Shown piece by piece: positions 10,274 to 19,399 of a stretch of 64,000 nucleotides of DNA (positions are counted from its first letter, which is position 1; every line of letters begins with the position of its first letter). Both the position numbers and the translations under genes were made by a program. The notes under the pieces were generated by a model that was not told where the DNA came from, searched no databases, and saw only the letters and a list, made by a program, of their open reading frames with translations. Origin of the DNA: a bacterium (lineage in GTDB: Bacteria > UBA8248). The stretch covers positions 3,744,001 to 3,808,000 of the forward strand of contig OY843592.1 of NCBI GenBank assembly GCA_963692865.2, given 5' to 3'.

Positions 10274-12002
10274 TCAACACGCAGGCCGTGCGCTCTCCGC
10301 CACGCGGACAATCGCATCCAGCGTTTCAGCGATTTCGGGAGCAATTTCCTCTTCGGGAACATGGGAGGCGAGTTCATAAAACTGCTTCTTGGCCATGAGG
10401 TTGGGCAAACTCGAGTTTGTCGAAATACGTCTGGAACAAAGGGGTGAGGAAGTCATCGCTCGCCTTGATGTCGTCTCCCCATGGCGAACCTCTGCCGAGC
10501 CTCTCCAGGGCCCCTTCTATCTCGGCGATGGCTTCGCCCATCGCCCCGAGCCGCTTATCCACTTGCGGTGTGAAGAGGGTCTGTTCTCCCAGGTCCGCAG
10601 AACCTCGCGCATAGTCCTCCAGGGTCGCCCGGGTGCAGAAATAGTTTTCGATTTCGCACCTTCGCCACATCAGGCATTGAAGAGCGCCGCTCTCCGGCAT
10701 ACCGGCTTCGAGTCGGTCGAAGAGCGCCACGCCCTGAAGCGCCGGACACGCTTCCCTCAGACCGTGATAGTGGTCTGCGGCCTGCCTCGGCTGGTTCCCG
10801 ACGTAATGCGCGAAAGGCCGCTCCAGCGCCTTTACCGCCCTCTCATGGCCGAGGCGTTCGGCGAAAGCCCGCAATATCGCCAGATCCGTCGAGCCTTCCA
10901 GGTAAAACACCCAGCCCGTCTGTTGGGCCTGGTAATACTGATCGAATCCGATCTCGCGGAGCGCCTTCTGCACTTGGCTCCCCTTGTCGTCGATGCGGTG
11001 AGGCGCGCCGACGAAGGCGATGACCATATCCTTGCCTGCGGCTTCGTTCAAAAGAACTTCCGAATGGCTCGCCGCGATGATCTGGTTGCCGCGTTCTTCC
11101 GCTACGTCGGTGATCAGCCTGTAGATTTGCCGCTGCCGAAGAATTTCGAGGTGCGCGTCGGGTTCGTCCAGAAGGATGACCGCGCCGGGATTCGCGTACA
11201 TATACGCTAAGAGCAACAGGGTTTGCTGCAAACCCCGTCCGCTGGAGGAGAGATCGAGGAGCGTTTCATGCTCTCGGTAATCCATCACTATCTCCCCCCG
11301 TTCCGCAACGTAGCGGGGGTCGTTGAGTCTGGAGCCGAACAGGTCGTCAATCCGGCCCACCAATTCTTTCCATCGCTCCGGATCATCGCTCTTCACCTTG
11401 AAGCAGAGATTGCGCAACACCTCCGCCGTGCGCCCTTCTCCCACCCGCACGTTCACGGCCCCTTGATCGAGCCGCGTTTCCGTGGCCGCAAGACCGGACA
11501 TCGGGGGGAGGAAAGCGATTTGCGTGGAGCCGGCCTCCTCGGGCACCGGCATTCGGTCCGGCGTCTTGCCTTCACCTCTGCGCAACGGCCTGCAATAGAA
11601 CGACTCGGGGTTCGCGTAGTCGAATTCGAGGCCGCAGGTCCACGCCTTGTCTTGCGAGACTCCCTCGACGATTAAGTCGATCCGTATGTTGTCCGTCCGC
11701 TGGCTGCCTTCGACTTTCTGCACGATCCTCGTGTGGAGTTCGCGCCACAGGAGAGCCGCGTTCGGAACGGGAGTGGCGAGGAGGTCCCTGCGATTGATGG
11801 TGACGCCCGGGCGATTCTCCGGCGCCGTTTTGCCTGAGCGTTTCTCCTTCCAGCGCTTCAGCCCGATGTCCCAAAGGGCCAGGGCCTGCATGGCGGAGGT
11901 TTTACCCGAATTGTTCGGGCCGATGAACACCACGGGGTTCCCCAACTCGATCTCCACCTCGCCGAAACGCTTGAAGTTGCGGACGGTGAGTTTGGTGAAC
12001 AT
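10274..12002 (-). CDS. ABC/AAA ATPase plus TOPRIM-like domain (OLD-like); apparent 1-nt frameshift near 10408 (as read, the ORF ends at 10374)
   Basis: GPNNSGKTS, LSSSGRGLQQ, ILLDEPDAHLE, ASHS and YLEGSTD motifs. A plausible helical tail LPNLMAKKQFYELASHV...ETLDAIV lies in a shifted frame. Confidence 0.75.
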
Positions 12003-12302
12003 GGGAGAACTCCTCGCGGTTTCAATTCGCGATCAGGGCGCGCATTCGTTCCATCAAATAGGCAGACAACATATCACGAAGGGCGGTAAGAACACGGCTG
12101 TGGAAACATTAAACCCGATTTTTCGAGCTGAAACTAGCCCGTAGGGGCGGTTGCGGCTTTACCTCACCACTTCCCGGCGCGCCTGCTCAATGCGCGTCCG
12201 ACCGCTCCGGAAGGCGTCGCAGCCCTCGCGCGGGAGGCCGCTCCGGTCGAACCGGCCCGCGCCCACCGCGCCTCCCGCGATTTATTTTTCCGAAACAAGC
12301 CC

Positions 12303-12331
12303 TTGACAAAACCAGCCTGATTTTTCATCAT
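12303..12331 (+). promoter_or_regulatory. Putative sigma70 promoter
   Basis: TTGACA-17 nt-CATCAT. The predicted TSS near 12337 coincides with the 5' end of the structured leader. Confidence 0.5.
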
Positions 12332-12335
12332 GCTC

Positions 12336-12469
12336 TCGCCAAACAAATCCCAAGGCCCTGAAGTCGGGCCGCCTGCCGAATACAAGACCGCTTCCTTGCG
12401 GAAATAGGCAGGAACCCCTTCACAATTGGGATTTGTTTGGCGACCGACCCGGCCTCACTGGGAGGTCGG
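12336..12469 (+). ncRNA. Candidate structured RNA leader (three-way junction with possible pseudoknot), family not recognised
   Basis: A perfect 18-bp stem 12336-12353/12426-12443 encloses two sub-stems. Loop TGAAG is complementary to single-stranded CTTCA. A hairpin follows at 12444-12469. Confidence 0.45.
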
Positions 12470-12503
12470 AGAAATCTCAACACCTGCAAGGGGGAAAGTC
12501 AAA

Positions 12504-12872
12504 ATGAAAAAGCTGCTGATCGTTTGCGCCGTCTTGATGTTTGTTTTCGTCTCAGCACCGGACACGAGAGCCGAGACGAAGGAAGAAAGAATGCTGGTCT
12601 GCTCCAAAACATTGAAGAACCTAGGCGCATCAAAGGATGTGATCGCCGGAGTCTGCAAGAGCTACGGGAATTCGAAGCAGAAATTCCTGACGCCGAAAGT
12701 AATAGAACTCATGGAAACGCGGACTACGTATACAGCGTTCTGCGGATGGGTGCGGGACCTTCTGGCGAGCGGAGGCAATCTAAATGACAGGAATATGTGG
12801 GGCGTAGGGTGCGCTCCCGCTCACTTGTCGGACGGCCAGATCGGGCGACACGGACGAAGCTACGGAAATTAA
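12504..12872 (+). CDS. Orphan secreted protein (signal peptide, 4 Cys in the mature part)
   Basis: MKKLLIVCAVLMFVFVSAPDTRA signal peptide, AAGGGGG RBS. Confidence 0.7.
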   Translation: MKKLLIVCAVLMFVFVSAPDTRAETKEERMLVCSKTLKNLGASKDVIAGVCKSYGNSKQKFLTPKVIELMETRTTYTAFCGWVRDLLASGGNLNDRNMWGVGCAPAHLSDGQIGRHGRSYGN

Positions 12873-12988
12873 AATCCCCGTTGCGGGGCATGGTGCTCTT
12901 TTCTCGGAGGAAAGGGCGCGGAGCGGATGCCCCGCAGCCTAAAGCCCCTCTCTATCGGAGGGGCTTTTCGCTTCTGGAGGAAACTGAA

Positions 12989-13312
12989 ATGACACGTCTG
13001 GCGATCGGCGTCATGGCGCTTTTGTTTCTTGCCGCCTGCTCGACTACGGCGGTGGAAATCGACCAAGAAAACACCGCTCTCAAGGTGAAAGCGACTACGC
13101 AAATTCCACTCATAGATGATCTGGATATGCTTATGGAGGATACACGCTCAAGGGTTGAAAAAGTGTGCAGATTCAACCAGGCCCATAAAAACCTTAACAT
13201 CAAGAAGATAGGTGAAATAGTAGGAGTAACGAAGGGAATTTTGGGTTTATTCCCCGTGCACAGCTATACGTGGTCCGGCACGTGTTCGAAAAACCCTGTT
13301 ATTTCTCAATAG
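12989..13312 (+). CDS. Orphan lipoprotein
   Basis: MTRLAIGVMALLFLAAC lipobox, GGAGG RBS, AT-richer codons. Confidence 0.7.
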   Translation: MTRLAIGVMALLFLAACSTTAVEIDQENTALKVKATTQIPLIDDLDMLMEDTRSRVEKVCRFNQAHKNLNIKKIGEIVGVTKGILGLFPVHSYTWSGTCSKNPVISQ

Positions 13313-13548
13313 ACAAACCAAAACCAAGGCTGCCGCACATCAAAGCGCACGCGCTCCCATAACCCCCTACCCCGCCGCCTCCCGGCGCGCCTGCTCAATG
13401 CGCATCCGGCCGCCTCGGCGGGCGCGCGCGTCGATGCGCCCGAGATCAGGCGCGCCGAGTGCGGCGAACAACGCGACCGCGCGCGGCGGGCGTATTCCGC
13501 CTCCGCGCTGGGCGGTCGCCCGAAAGCCGCCCCGCTCCGCGGCGGGGC

Positions 13549-15144
13549 TTATGAGAGCTGCTTCGAAGCCGCCCGCAGGCCGACCCAGGTGCTGTAGCAC
13601 ATCGCCAGGAGCACCAGGGTGAACGGCAATCCGGTCGAGACCGTCATCGCCTGCAGGGCGCTCAGCGCTTCGGCGCCGCCGACCAGCAGCAGCACCGCCG
13701 CCACCAGCCCCTCGAACGTGGCCCAGAACACCCGCTGGCTCTTCGGCGCGTTTTCCTTGCCGCCCGCGGTGATGGTGTCGATCACCAGCGAGCCGGAGTC
13801 CGACGAGGTAACGAAGAACACCAGCACCAGGATGATGCCGATGAACGAAAGCAGCCCGCTCAGCGGGAACTGCTGGGCCATGACGAACAGCTTGACCTCC
13901 AGGGCCGCGCTCGCCACCGGCGCCTTGGCGTTGGCCATCACCTGCGAGATCGCCGCGCCGCCGAACGCGGCCATCCAGATGGTGCAGACCAGGGTCGGAA
14001 TCAGGATGACGCAGATCACGAATTCGCGCACCGTGCGGCCGCGCGAGACCCGCGCGATGAACATGCCGACGAACGGCGACCACGATACCCACCAGGCCCA
14101 GTAGAAGGAAGTCCAGCCCCGGGCGAAGTTGGCGTCTTCGCGGCCGAAGGGCATCGACAGCGGGACGAGCTCCTTGACGTAGGCGAGCCCGCCGCTCAGC
14201 GCGGTGGCGAGTATCTCGCCGGTGGGGCCGAGGAGGATGACCGCCAGCAACAGGAGAAACGCCAGCACCATGTTGATTTCGGACAGCACCTTGACCCCGC
14301 CGTCGAGGCCGCGCAGCACCGACGCCAGGGCGAGGCCGGTGATGATCGCGATCAGCACCACGACGGCCACCGCGCCGGTGCCCCAGCCGTACAGGAAATT
14401 GAACCCCGCCAGCGCCTGGGTGGTTCCGAAGCCGAGCGAGGTGGCCAGCCCGAACAGGGTCGCGAACACCGCCAGGGTGTCGACGATGTGCCCCCACCAG
14501 CCCCACACCCTCTCGCCCAGGATCGGGTAGAACGCCGATCGCAGCGTCAACGGCAGGTTGTGGTTGTAGGCGAAGAACGCGAGCGCCAGGCCCACCACCG
14601 CGTAGATCGCCCACGGGTGCAGTCCCCAGTGGAAGATGCTTGCGGCCATGGCCAGATCGCGCGCTTCGGCGGCGGCGCCGGCCGCGCCGGCGAGCGGCGC
14701 CCAGTCGGTGCGCACCCCGTTCTCGACCGACGCGCCGCCTATCGACGACGCGTAGTGCGAGAGGGGCTCGGAGACGCCGAAGAACATCAGTCCGATGCCC
14801 ATGCCGGCGGCGAACAGCATGGCGAACCAGCCGGGATAGCCGAAATCCGGGGTCGCGTCCTGGCCGCCGAGACGGACCTTCCCGACGGGCGGAAGCATCA
14901 GCAACACGGCGAAGATCACGAACAGGTTGCCCGCCGAAAGGAAGAACCAGTCGAAGGCGCCGGTGATGGCCGGGCGCAGCCAGCCGAAAAACGCCGCCGC
15001 CTGGGCCTGGAATATCAGCGTGCACGCGACGAATACGATGATGCTAAGTCCCGAGATCACGAATACCGGATTGTGGATATCCAGCCCGAAGGGCGTGATG
15101 TTGTCCTGCCCGATACGGTAGCTGGATTGCTTCGACTCATCCAT
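13549..15144 (-). CDS. BCCT family (betaine/carnitine/choline) transporter
   Basis: WFAMLFAAGMGIGLMFFGVSEP, FHWGLHPWAIY and WTSFYWAWWVSWSPFVGMFIARVSRGRT motifs. Strong RBS before MDES. Confidence 0.93.
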   Translation of the reverse strand: MDESKQSSYRIGQDNITPFGLDIHNPVFVISGLSIIVFVACTLIFQAQAAAFFGWLRPAITGAFDWFFLSAGNLFVIFAVLLMLPPVGKVRLGGQDATPDFGYPGWFAMLFAAGMGIGLMFFGVSEPLSHYASSIGGASVENGVRTDWAPLAGAAGAAAEARDLAMAASIFHWGLHPWAIYAVVGLALAFFAYNHNLPLTLRSAFYPILGERVWGWWGHIVDTLAVFATLFGLATSLGFGTTQALAGFNFLYGWGTGAVAVVVLIAIITGLALASVLRGLDGGVKVLSEINMVLAFLLLLAVILLGPTGEILATALSGGLAYVKELVPLSMPFGREDANFARGWTSFYWAWWVSWSPFVGMFIARVSRGRTVREFVICVILIPTLVCTIWMAAFGGAAISQVMANAKAPVASAALEVKLFVMAQQFPLSGLLSFIGIILVLVFFVTSSDSGSLVIDTITAGGKENAPKSQRVFWATFEGLVAAVLLLVGGAEALSALQAMTVSTGLPFTLVLLAMCYSTWVGLRAASKQLS

Positions 15145-15404
15145 GGCTCCCTCCCCCCTTGGATACACCGGGTTGTTTTCATCGGTCATGAAATCTTTCG
15201 CCCGATGAAACGATGATGGACTCCCATTTCTTGAACGTCGTTCGGAACCAGCATTCCATGAGACGCAACCCAAACGCAAGCGGACTCGTCAAAACTCCCG
15301 CGCATCCCGGCGCGTTTTTGCCCGATCGTCGCGGAGCCTTTCCCAAAAACCCGGCTCGCCTGCGCTCGCGCGCCGGCGCCCCGACGAGCAGGGAATGAAC
15401 CTTT

Positions 15405-17777
15405 TCACCCCACCGCCTCCCGGCACGCACTCTCGATGTGCGCCTGGCCGATTTGCAAGGCGTCGTAGACTTCGTGCGGGAGGCCGCTCTGGCCGAACTG
15501 GTCGGTGCCGAGACAGGTCTGCTCAGCACCCAAGGCGCCGCCGAGGAAGGAGAGGGCGAGCGAGTGGCCGTCCAGCACCGAGACGACCGGGTTGTCGCGG
15601 TGCTCGTCTCCCACCATCATCTCGAGGCGCGAGAGACGGCCCGCGCGTTTCGCCTTCTTGTGTTCGGCGTAAATCCTGTCCGCGCTCGTGAGGACGAAGA
15701 CGTTCGCGTATACGCCCTCGGCTTCCAACGCGCGGGCGGCGGCGAGGGCTTCGGGCGTCATCACCCCGCTCACGAAGAGGTTCACCGCGTTCACGCCCGC
15801 GCGGTAGCCGGGCGCCTCTTTCGCCGAGTGGAGCAGGTAGCCGCCGCCCAGGACGTTCTTCCTCAACACCTCGCGCTTCAGGGGGTCTTGGAGCCAGTCT
15901 TCCGGCAGGAGGTTCTGATCCACCTGCTTCGTGCTTAAGCGCAGGTAGAAGGCCGGGCAATCGGCATCCCCCAGAACGCGGCCGATGGCTGATAAGAGCA
16001 GCCACTCGACCTCGACGGCGAAGGTCGGCTCGTAAGCCTCCAGCCCCGGCATCTCAAGCGAAATGGCGGGCGTGAGGATGCTCTGGTGCGCGCCGCCTTC
16101 GGGCGAGAGGCTCACGCCGCTCGGCGTCGCCACCACGATGAAGCGGCCGCCGTTATAGACCGCGTAGCGGAGCGCGTCGAGACAGCGGCTGATGAAGGTG
16201 TCGTACACCGTGCCGATGGGGCAGACGCGCACCCCGCAGAGCTCCTTCGAGACCCCGAAGGCGGCGAGAAGGAGCATGAGGTTGTTCTCGGAGATTCCCA
16301 GCTCGATGTGCCGGCCCGCGGGCGACTCCTCCCACTTGAGGAGCCTCTGCACCTGCTGTAAGGCGAAGAAATCCGCCTTGCCCTCGGGGTGGTACACGCC
16401 GCGCCGGTTGATCCAGCCGCCCAGGTTCGTGCTCACCGCCACGTCGGGCGAGGTGGTGACGATGTGGCGCGCGAGGGCGTCCTCCCGCGCAAGGTTCGTC
16501 ATGATGGCGCCGAACGCCTCCTGCGTGGAAGTGGTGGAGGCGAAGTTCGCCCCCACTTCCCGGGGGACGGGAGCGGGGGTTATCTCTTCTCTTTCAAGGG
16601 CGGCCCTCGCGTCGTAGCGCGCCACCGCTCGTTCAACCGCGCGCGCCTCGGGGCTATCTCCTGCCAAGGGCGCGAGTTCCTCGCCCTCGCCCAGGCCCGC
16701 GGATTCGCGCAGGTCGGCGATTTGCGCTTCGGTCAGGAGCTGGGAGTGGTTCATCGGGTCGCCCGCGATGGGAAGCCCCCAGCCCTTGACGGTGTAGGCG
16801 AGGATCATCACGGGCTTGTCTCGAACGCCGTCCGCTTCTTCGAGCGCCTCCAATATGCACTCGATGTCGTGGCCGCCGAGGTCGGACAGGAGCGCGGGCA
16901 GGTCTTCATCCGCATATCGATCCAGAAGGCCCGCGAGACCCTCGTATTCGCCCGCCTCACCGCGCGTGAGGCCCTCCCTTATCTCGCGCCCGCTTCTTCC
17001 GATGAGCATCTGGTACTCGCCGTTCGACATGTCGTCGATGCGCCGCCTGAGAGACTCGCCGTTTTTGAGCGCGAACGCGGCCTGGAGGCGCTTTCCGTAT
17101 TTGAGCTCCACTACGCGCCAGCCGTGCAGGCGGAACTGATCGCGTATCTGCTGCGCCTTGCCGTCGGGCACGACGCGGTCGAGGCTCTGGCGGTTCAGGT
17201 CCACCACCCAGATGACGTTGCCCAGATGCGCGACGTATTCCTCCGCCAGCGCCTCCCAGACGTTGCCCTCGTCTAACTCCGCGTCCCCCACGAGGGAGAT
17301 GAAGCGCTGCCTCGGGCCCTCGCCGAAGTGATCGTCGATGTAGGACTGCATGAGCGCGGCGAACGAGGCGGCGACCGAGGGCAGCCCGAGCGAGCCGGTG
17401 GAGAAATCGACGGGGTATTCGTCCTTCGAGCGGCTGGGATAGGCTTGTAAGCCGCCGAAGGCGCGCAGGTCGCGCAGGCGCTCCATCGGCAAATCGCCCC
17501 GGAGCGCATGGGCCGCGTGCAGGACGGGCGAGGCGTGGGGCTTTATCGCCAGCCTGTCTCCCGTCTTGAGCCAGCGGAAGAACATGGCCGTCATCAGGCT
17601 CACGACGGAGGATGAACTCGCCTGGTGGCCGCCTATCTTGATGCCCTCGGAGCCTGCGCGGAGGTTGTTCGCGTAATGAACGCTGTAGGTGGAGAGCCAC
17701 AGGAGCCGCTTTTCGATGCGCCGCAGAACCTCGGCCTCGTCCTGCTCGATGGCGTTCGTCTCTGGCGGAGGGTTCAC
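15405..17777 (-). CDS. aceE: Pyruvate dehydrogenase E1 component (homodimeric AceE/transketolase-like)
   Basis: GGHQASS, STGSLG, TPP motif GDAELDEG...NRQSLD, ELGISE and EGGAHQ. Confidence 0.8.
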   Translation of the reverse strand: MNPPPETNAIEQDEAEVLRRIEKRLLWLSTYSVHYANNLRAGSEGIKIGGHQASSSSVVSLMTAMFFRWLKTGDRLAIKPHASPVLHAAHALRGDLPMERLRDLRAFGGLQAYPSRSKDEYPVDFSTGSLGLPSVAASFAALMQSYIDDHFGEGPRQRFISLVGDAELDEGNVWEALAEEYVAHLGNVIWVVDLNRQSLDRVVPDGKAQQIRDQFRLHGWRVVELKYGKRLQAAFALKNGESLRRRIDDMSNGEYQMLIGRSGREIREGLTRGEAGEYEGLAGLLDRYADEDLPALLSDLGGHDIECILEALEEADGVRDKPVMILAYTVKGWGLPIAGDPMNHSQLLTEAQIADLRESAGLGEGEELAPLAGDSPEARAVERAVARYDARAALEREEITPAPVPREVGANFASTTSTQEAFGAIMTNLAREDALARHIVTTSPDVAVSTNLGGWINRRGVYHPEGKADFFALQQVQRLLKWEESPAGRHIELGISENNLMLLLAAFGVSKELCGVRVCPIGTVYDTFISRCLDALRYAVYNGGRFIVVATPSGVSLSPEGGAHQSILTPAISLEMPGLEAYEPTFAVEVEWLLLSAIGRVLGDADCPAFYLRLSTKQVDQNLLPEDWLQDPLKREVLRKNVLGGGYLLHSAKEAPGYRAGVNAVNLFVSGVMTPEALAAARALEAEGVYANVFVLTSADRIYAEHKKAKRAGRLSRLEMMVGDEHRDNPVVSVLDGHSLALSFLGGALGAEQTCLGTDQFGQSGLPHEVYDALQIGQAHIESACREAVG

Positions 17778-17812
17778 GCCCGTCCCTCCCTCGGGAGCGC
17801 GGGGTCTGCGGA

Positions 17813-18535
17813 TTATCCACGCACCCCGGTGTGAAGCTCGGCGATGCCGCCCGTCATCGGGCGATGGCCCACCTCGCGGAAACCCGCATCGCGCATCATC
17901 GCCGAGAGCCTCTCGGCTTCGGGAAATTCATATACCGTGCTGGGAAGGTAATTATACGCGCTTCGGTGCGCGGAGACGAGCCTCCCCGCGACGGGGAGGA
18001 GCGCCCGGAAGTAAAAGGCGTACAAAAGCCCGAACAGGCCCACAGGATGCCCGAATTCCAGCACCACGAGTCTGCCGCCCTCTTTCAATACGCGGCCCAT
18101 CTCGGCCAGACCGGCTTCCCTATCCTCGAAATTGCGCAGGCCGAACGCGATGATCACCCCGTCGAACGCGCCGTCATGAAAGGGCAGACTCAAGCCGTCT
18201 CCCTGAATCAGGGAGAGAGTTGCGCCCTGCTTCTCGGCCTTTACCTTCCCGCGCGCGAGCATGGGATACGCGAAATCGACGCCGAAGATGCGCGCGCCGC
18301 GTCCGGCTTGGGCGTGCGCTTCCAGCGCGACGTCCGCCGTCCCCGTCGCCAGATCGAGAAAACGCGCCTCTTCCCCGCCCGAACCTTGGAGAAGGCTCGC
18401 GACTGCGCGCGCGCGCCAGAGGCGGTCCACGCCGAAGCTTAAGATTCGGTTCAGGAGGTCGTAGGTGGGCGCGATGTCCGAGAACATCGCCTGGACTTGG
18501 CGTTTCTCGACGCGGGTCGGCACGAGCGCGTTCAA
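17813..18535 (-). CDS. menG: UbiE/MenG menaquinone biosynthesis methyltransferase (start approximate)
   Basis: MFSDIAPTYDLLNRILSFG, LDLATGTAD, AFGLRN and RVLKEGG motifs. Lies downstream of mqnP. Confidence 0.88.
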   Translation of the reverse strand: MNALVPTRVEKRQVQAMFSDIAPTYDLLNRILSFGVDRLWRARAVASLLQGSGGEEARFLDLATGTADVALEAHAQAGRGARIFGVDFAYPMLARGKVKAEKQGATLSLIQGDGLSLPFHDGAFDGVIIAFGLRNFEDREAGLAEMGRVLKEGGRLVVLEFGHPVGLFGLLYAFYFRALLPVAGRLVSAHRSAYNYLPSTVYEFPEAERLSAMMRDAGFREVGHRPMTGGIAELHTGVRG

Positions 18536-19392
18536 CCCGCGCGGATGAGCACGTCGGCGACCGCGCCCGATGCGATGACCACGGACACCCAGGCGTTCAA
18601 GTTGAAGAACGATATGTCCACGCGGCTCAGGTCGTCGGGCCGAACGATCCAGTGCTCCCAGAAGAGGAGGCACCCCGCCGCCGCGAGCGCAGTCCAGTAA
18701 ACGGGTCCCAGACCGGAGGCCAGGCCCGCCGCGAAGAAACAGGCCATCGTCCCCAGGTGGGCGACGGCGGAGACGATGAGCGCGCCCTTGACGCCCAGAA
18801 GGCGCGGCAGGGAATGGATGTCCTCCTCGTCGTCGAAATCCACGTCCAGACAGGCGTATATGAGGTCGAATCCGCCCACCCAGAGGGTGACGCCCAAGAA
18901 GAGCAAGACGGGCACGAAGTCCAGATCGCCGCGCACGGCCACCCACGCGCCCGCGGGCGCGCAACCCAGCACGAAGCCCAGGAACAGGTGCGTCGAGGAG
19001 GTGAAGCGCTTGGAATACGAATAGAAGACGATTACAGCCACCACGGCGAAGGAAAGCGCGAACGCGAGCGGGTTCAGCATCCAGGCCGAGAGGATGAACA
19101 ACGCCAGAAAGCCCGCCAGCATCCCGAGGATGGATTTCGAATGCAGCAGCGCCTGGAACTCGGCGCGGTCTTTCGTCCTCGGGTTCTTGGGGTCGATGTC
19201 CCTGTCGGCGAAGCGGTTGAGCGACATGGCGAAATTGCGCGCGCCCACCGCCGCCGTCACCATCCAGAACAGTACCCACGCCGAGGGCACCCCGCCTGCG
19301 GCCATCACGCCGCCCATCAGCACGAAGGGAAGGCCGAAGATGGTGTGCTCGAACTTCACCATGCGCAGGAACTGCCGGAAACTCCTCGCCAT
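18532..19392 (-). CDS. UbiA-like polyprenyltransferase (MqnP-like, futalosine pathway)
   Basis: KFEHTIFGLPF, NRFADRDIDPKNPRT, YSYSKRF and FDLIYACLD motifs. Confidence 0.88.
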   Translation of the reverse strand: MARSFRQFLRMVKFEHTIFGLPFVLMGGVMAAGGVPSAWVLFWMVTAAVGARNFAMSLNRFADRDIDPKNPRTKDRAEFQALLHSKSILGMLAGFLALFILSAWMLNPLAFALSFAVVAVIVFYSYSKRFTSSTHLFLGFVLGCAPAGAWVAVRGDLDFVPVLLFLGVTLWVGGFDLIYACLDVDFDDEEDIHSLPRLLGVKGALIVSAVAHLGTMACFFAAGLASGLGPVYWTALAAAGCLLFWEHWIVRPDDLSRVDISFFNLNAWVSVVIASGAVADVLIRAG

Positions 19393-19399
19393 CGACGCC

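Larger units (their letters stand above)
12160..13418. repeat. About 50-bp imperfect direct repeats (12160-12210 and 13368-13418) flanking the islet
   Basis: Identical 24-bp core tcccggcgcgcctgctcaatgcgc at 12172-12195 and 13380-13403; the flanks differ mostly by transitions. Confidence 0.8.

Noticed and set aside
12336-13312. Integron cassette array (attC) or C4/6S/HDV/hammerhead RNA
   Set aside because: No RYYYAAC...GTTRRRY core sites or IntI, and the consensus motifs of those RNAs are not matched.
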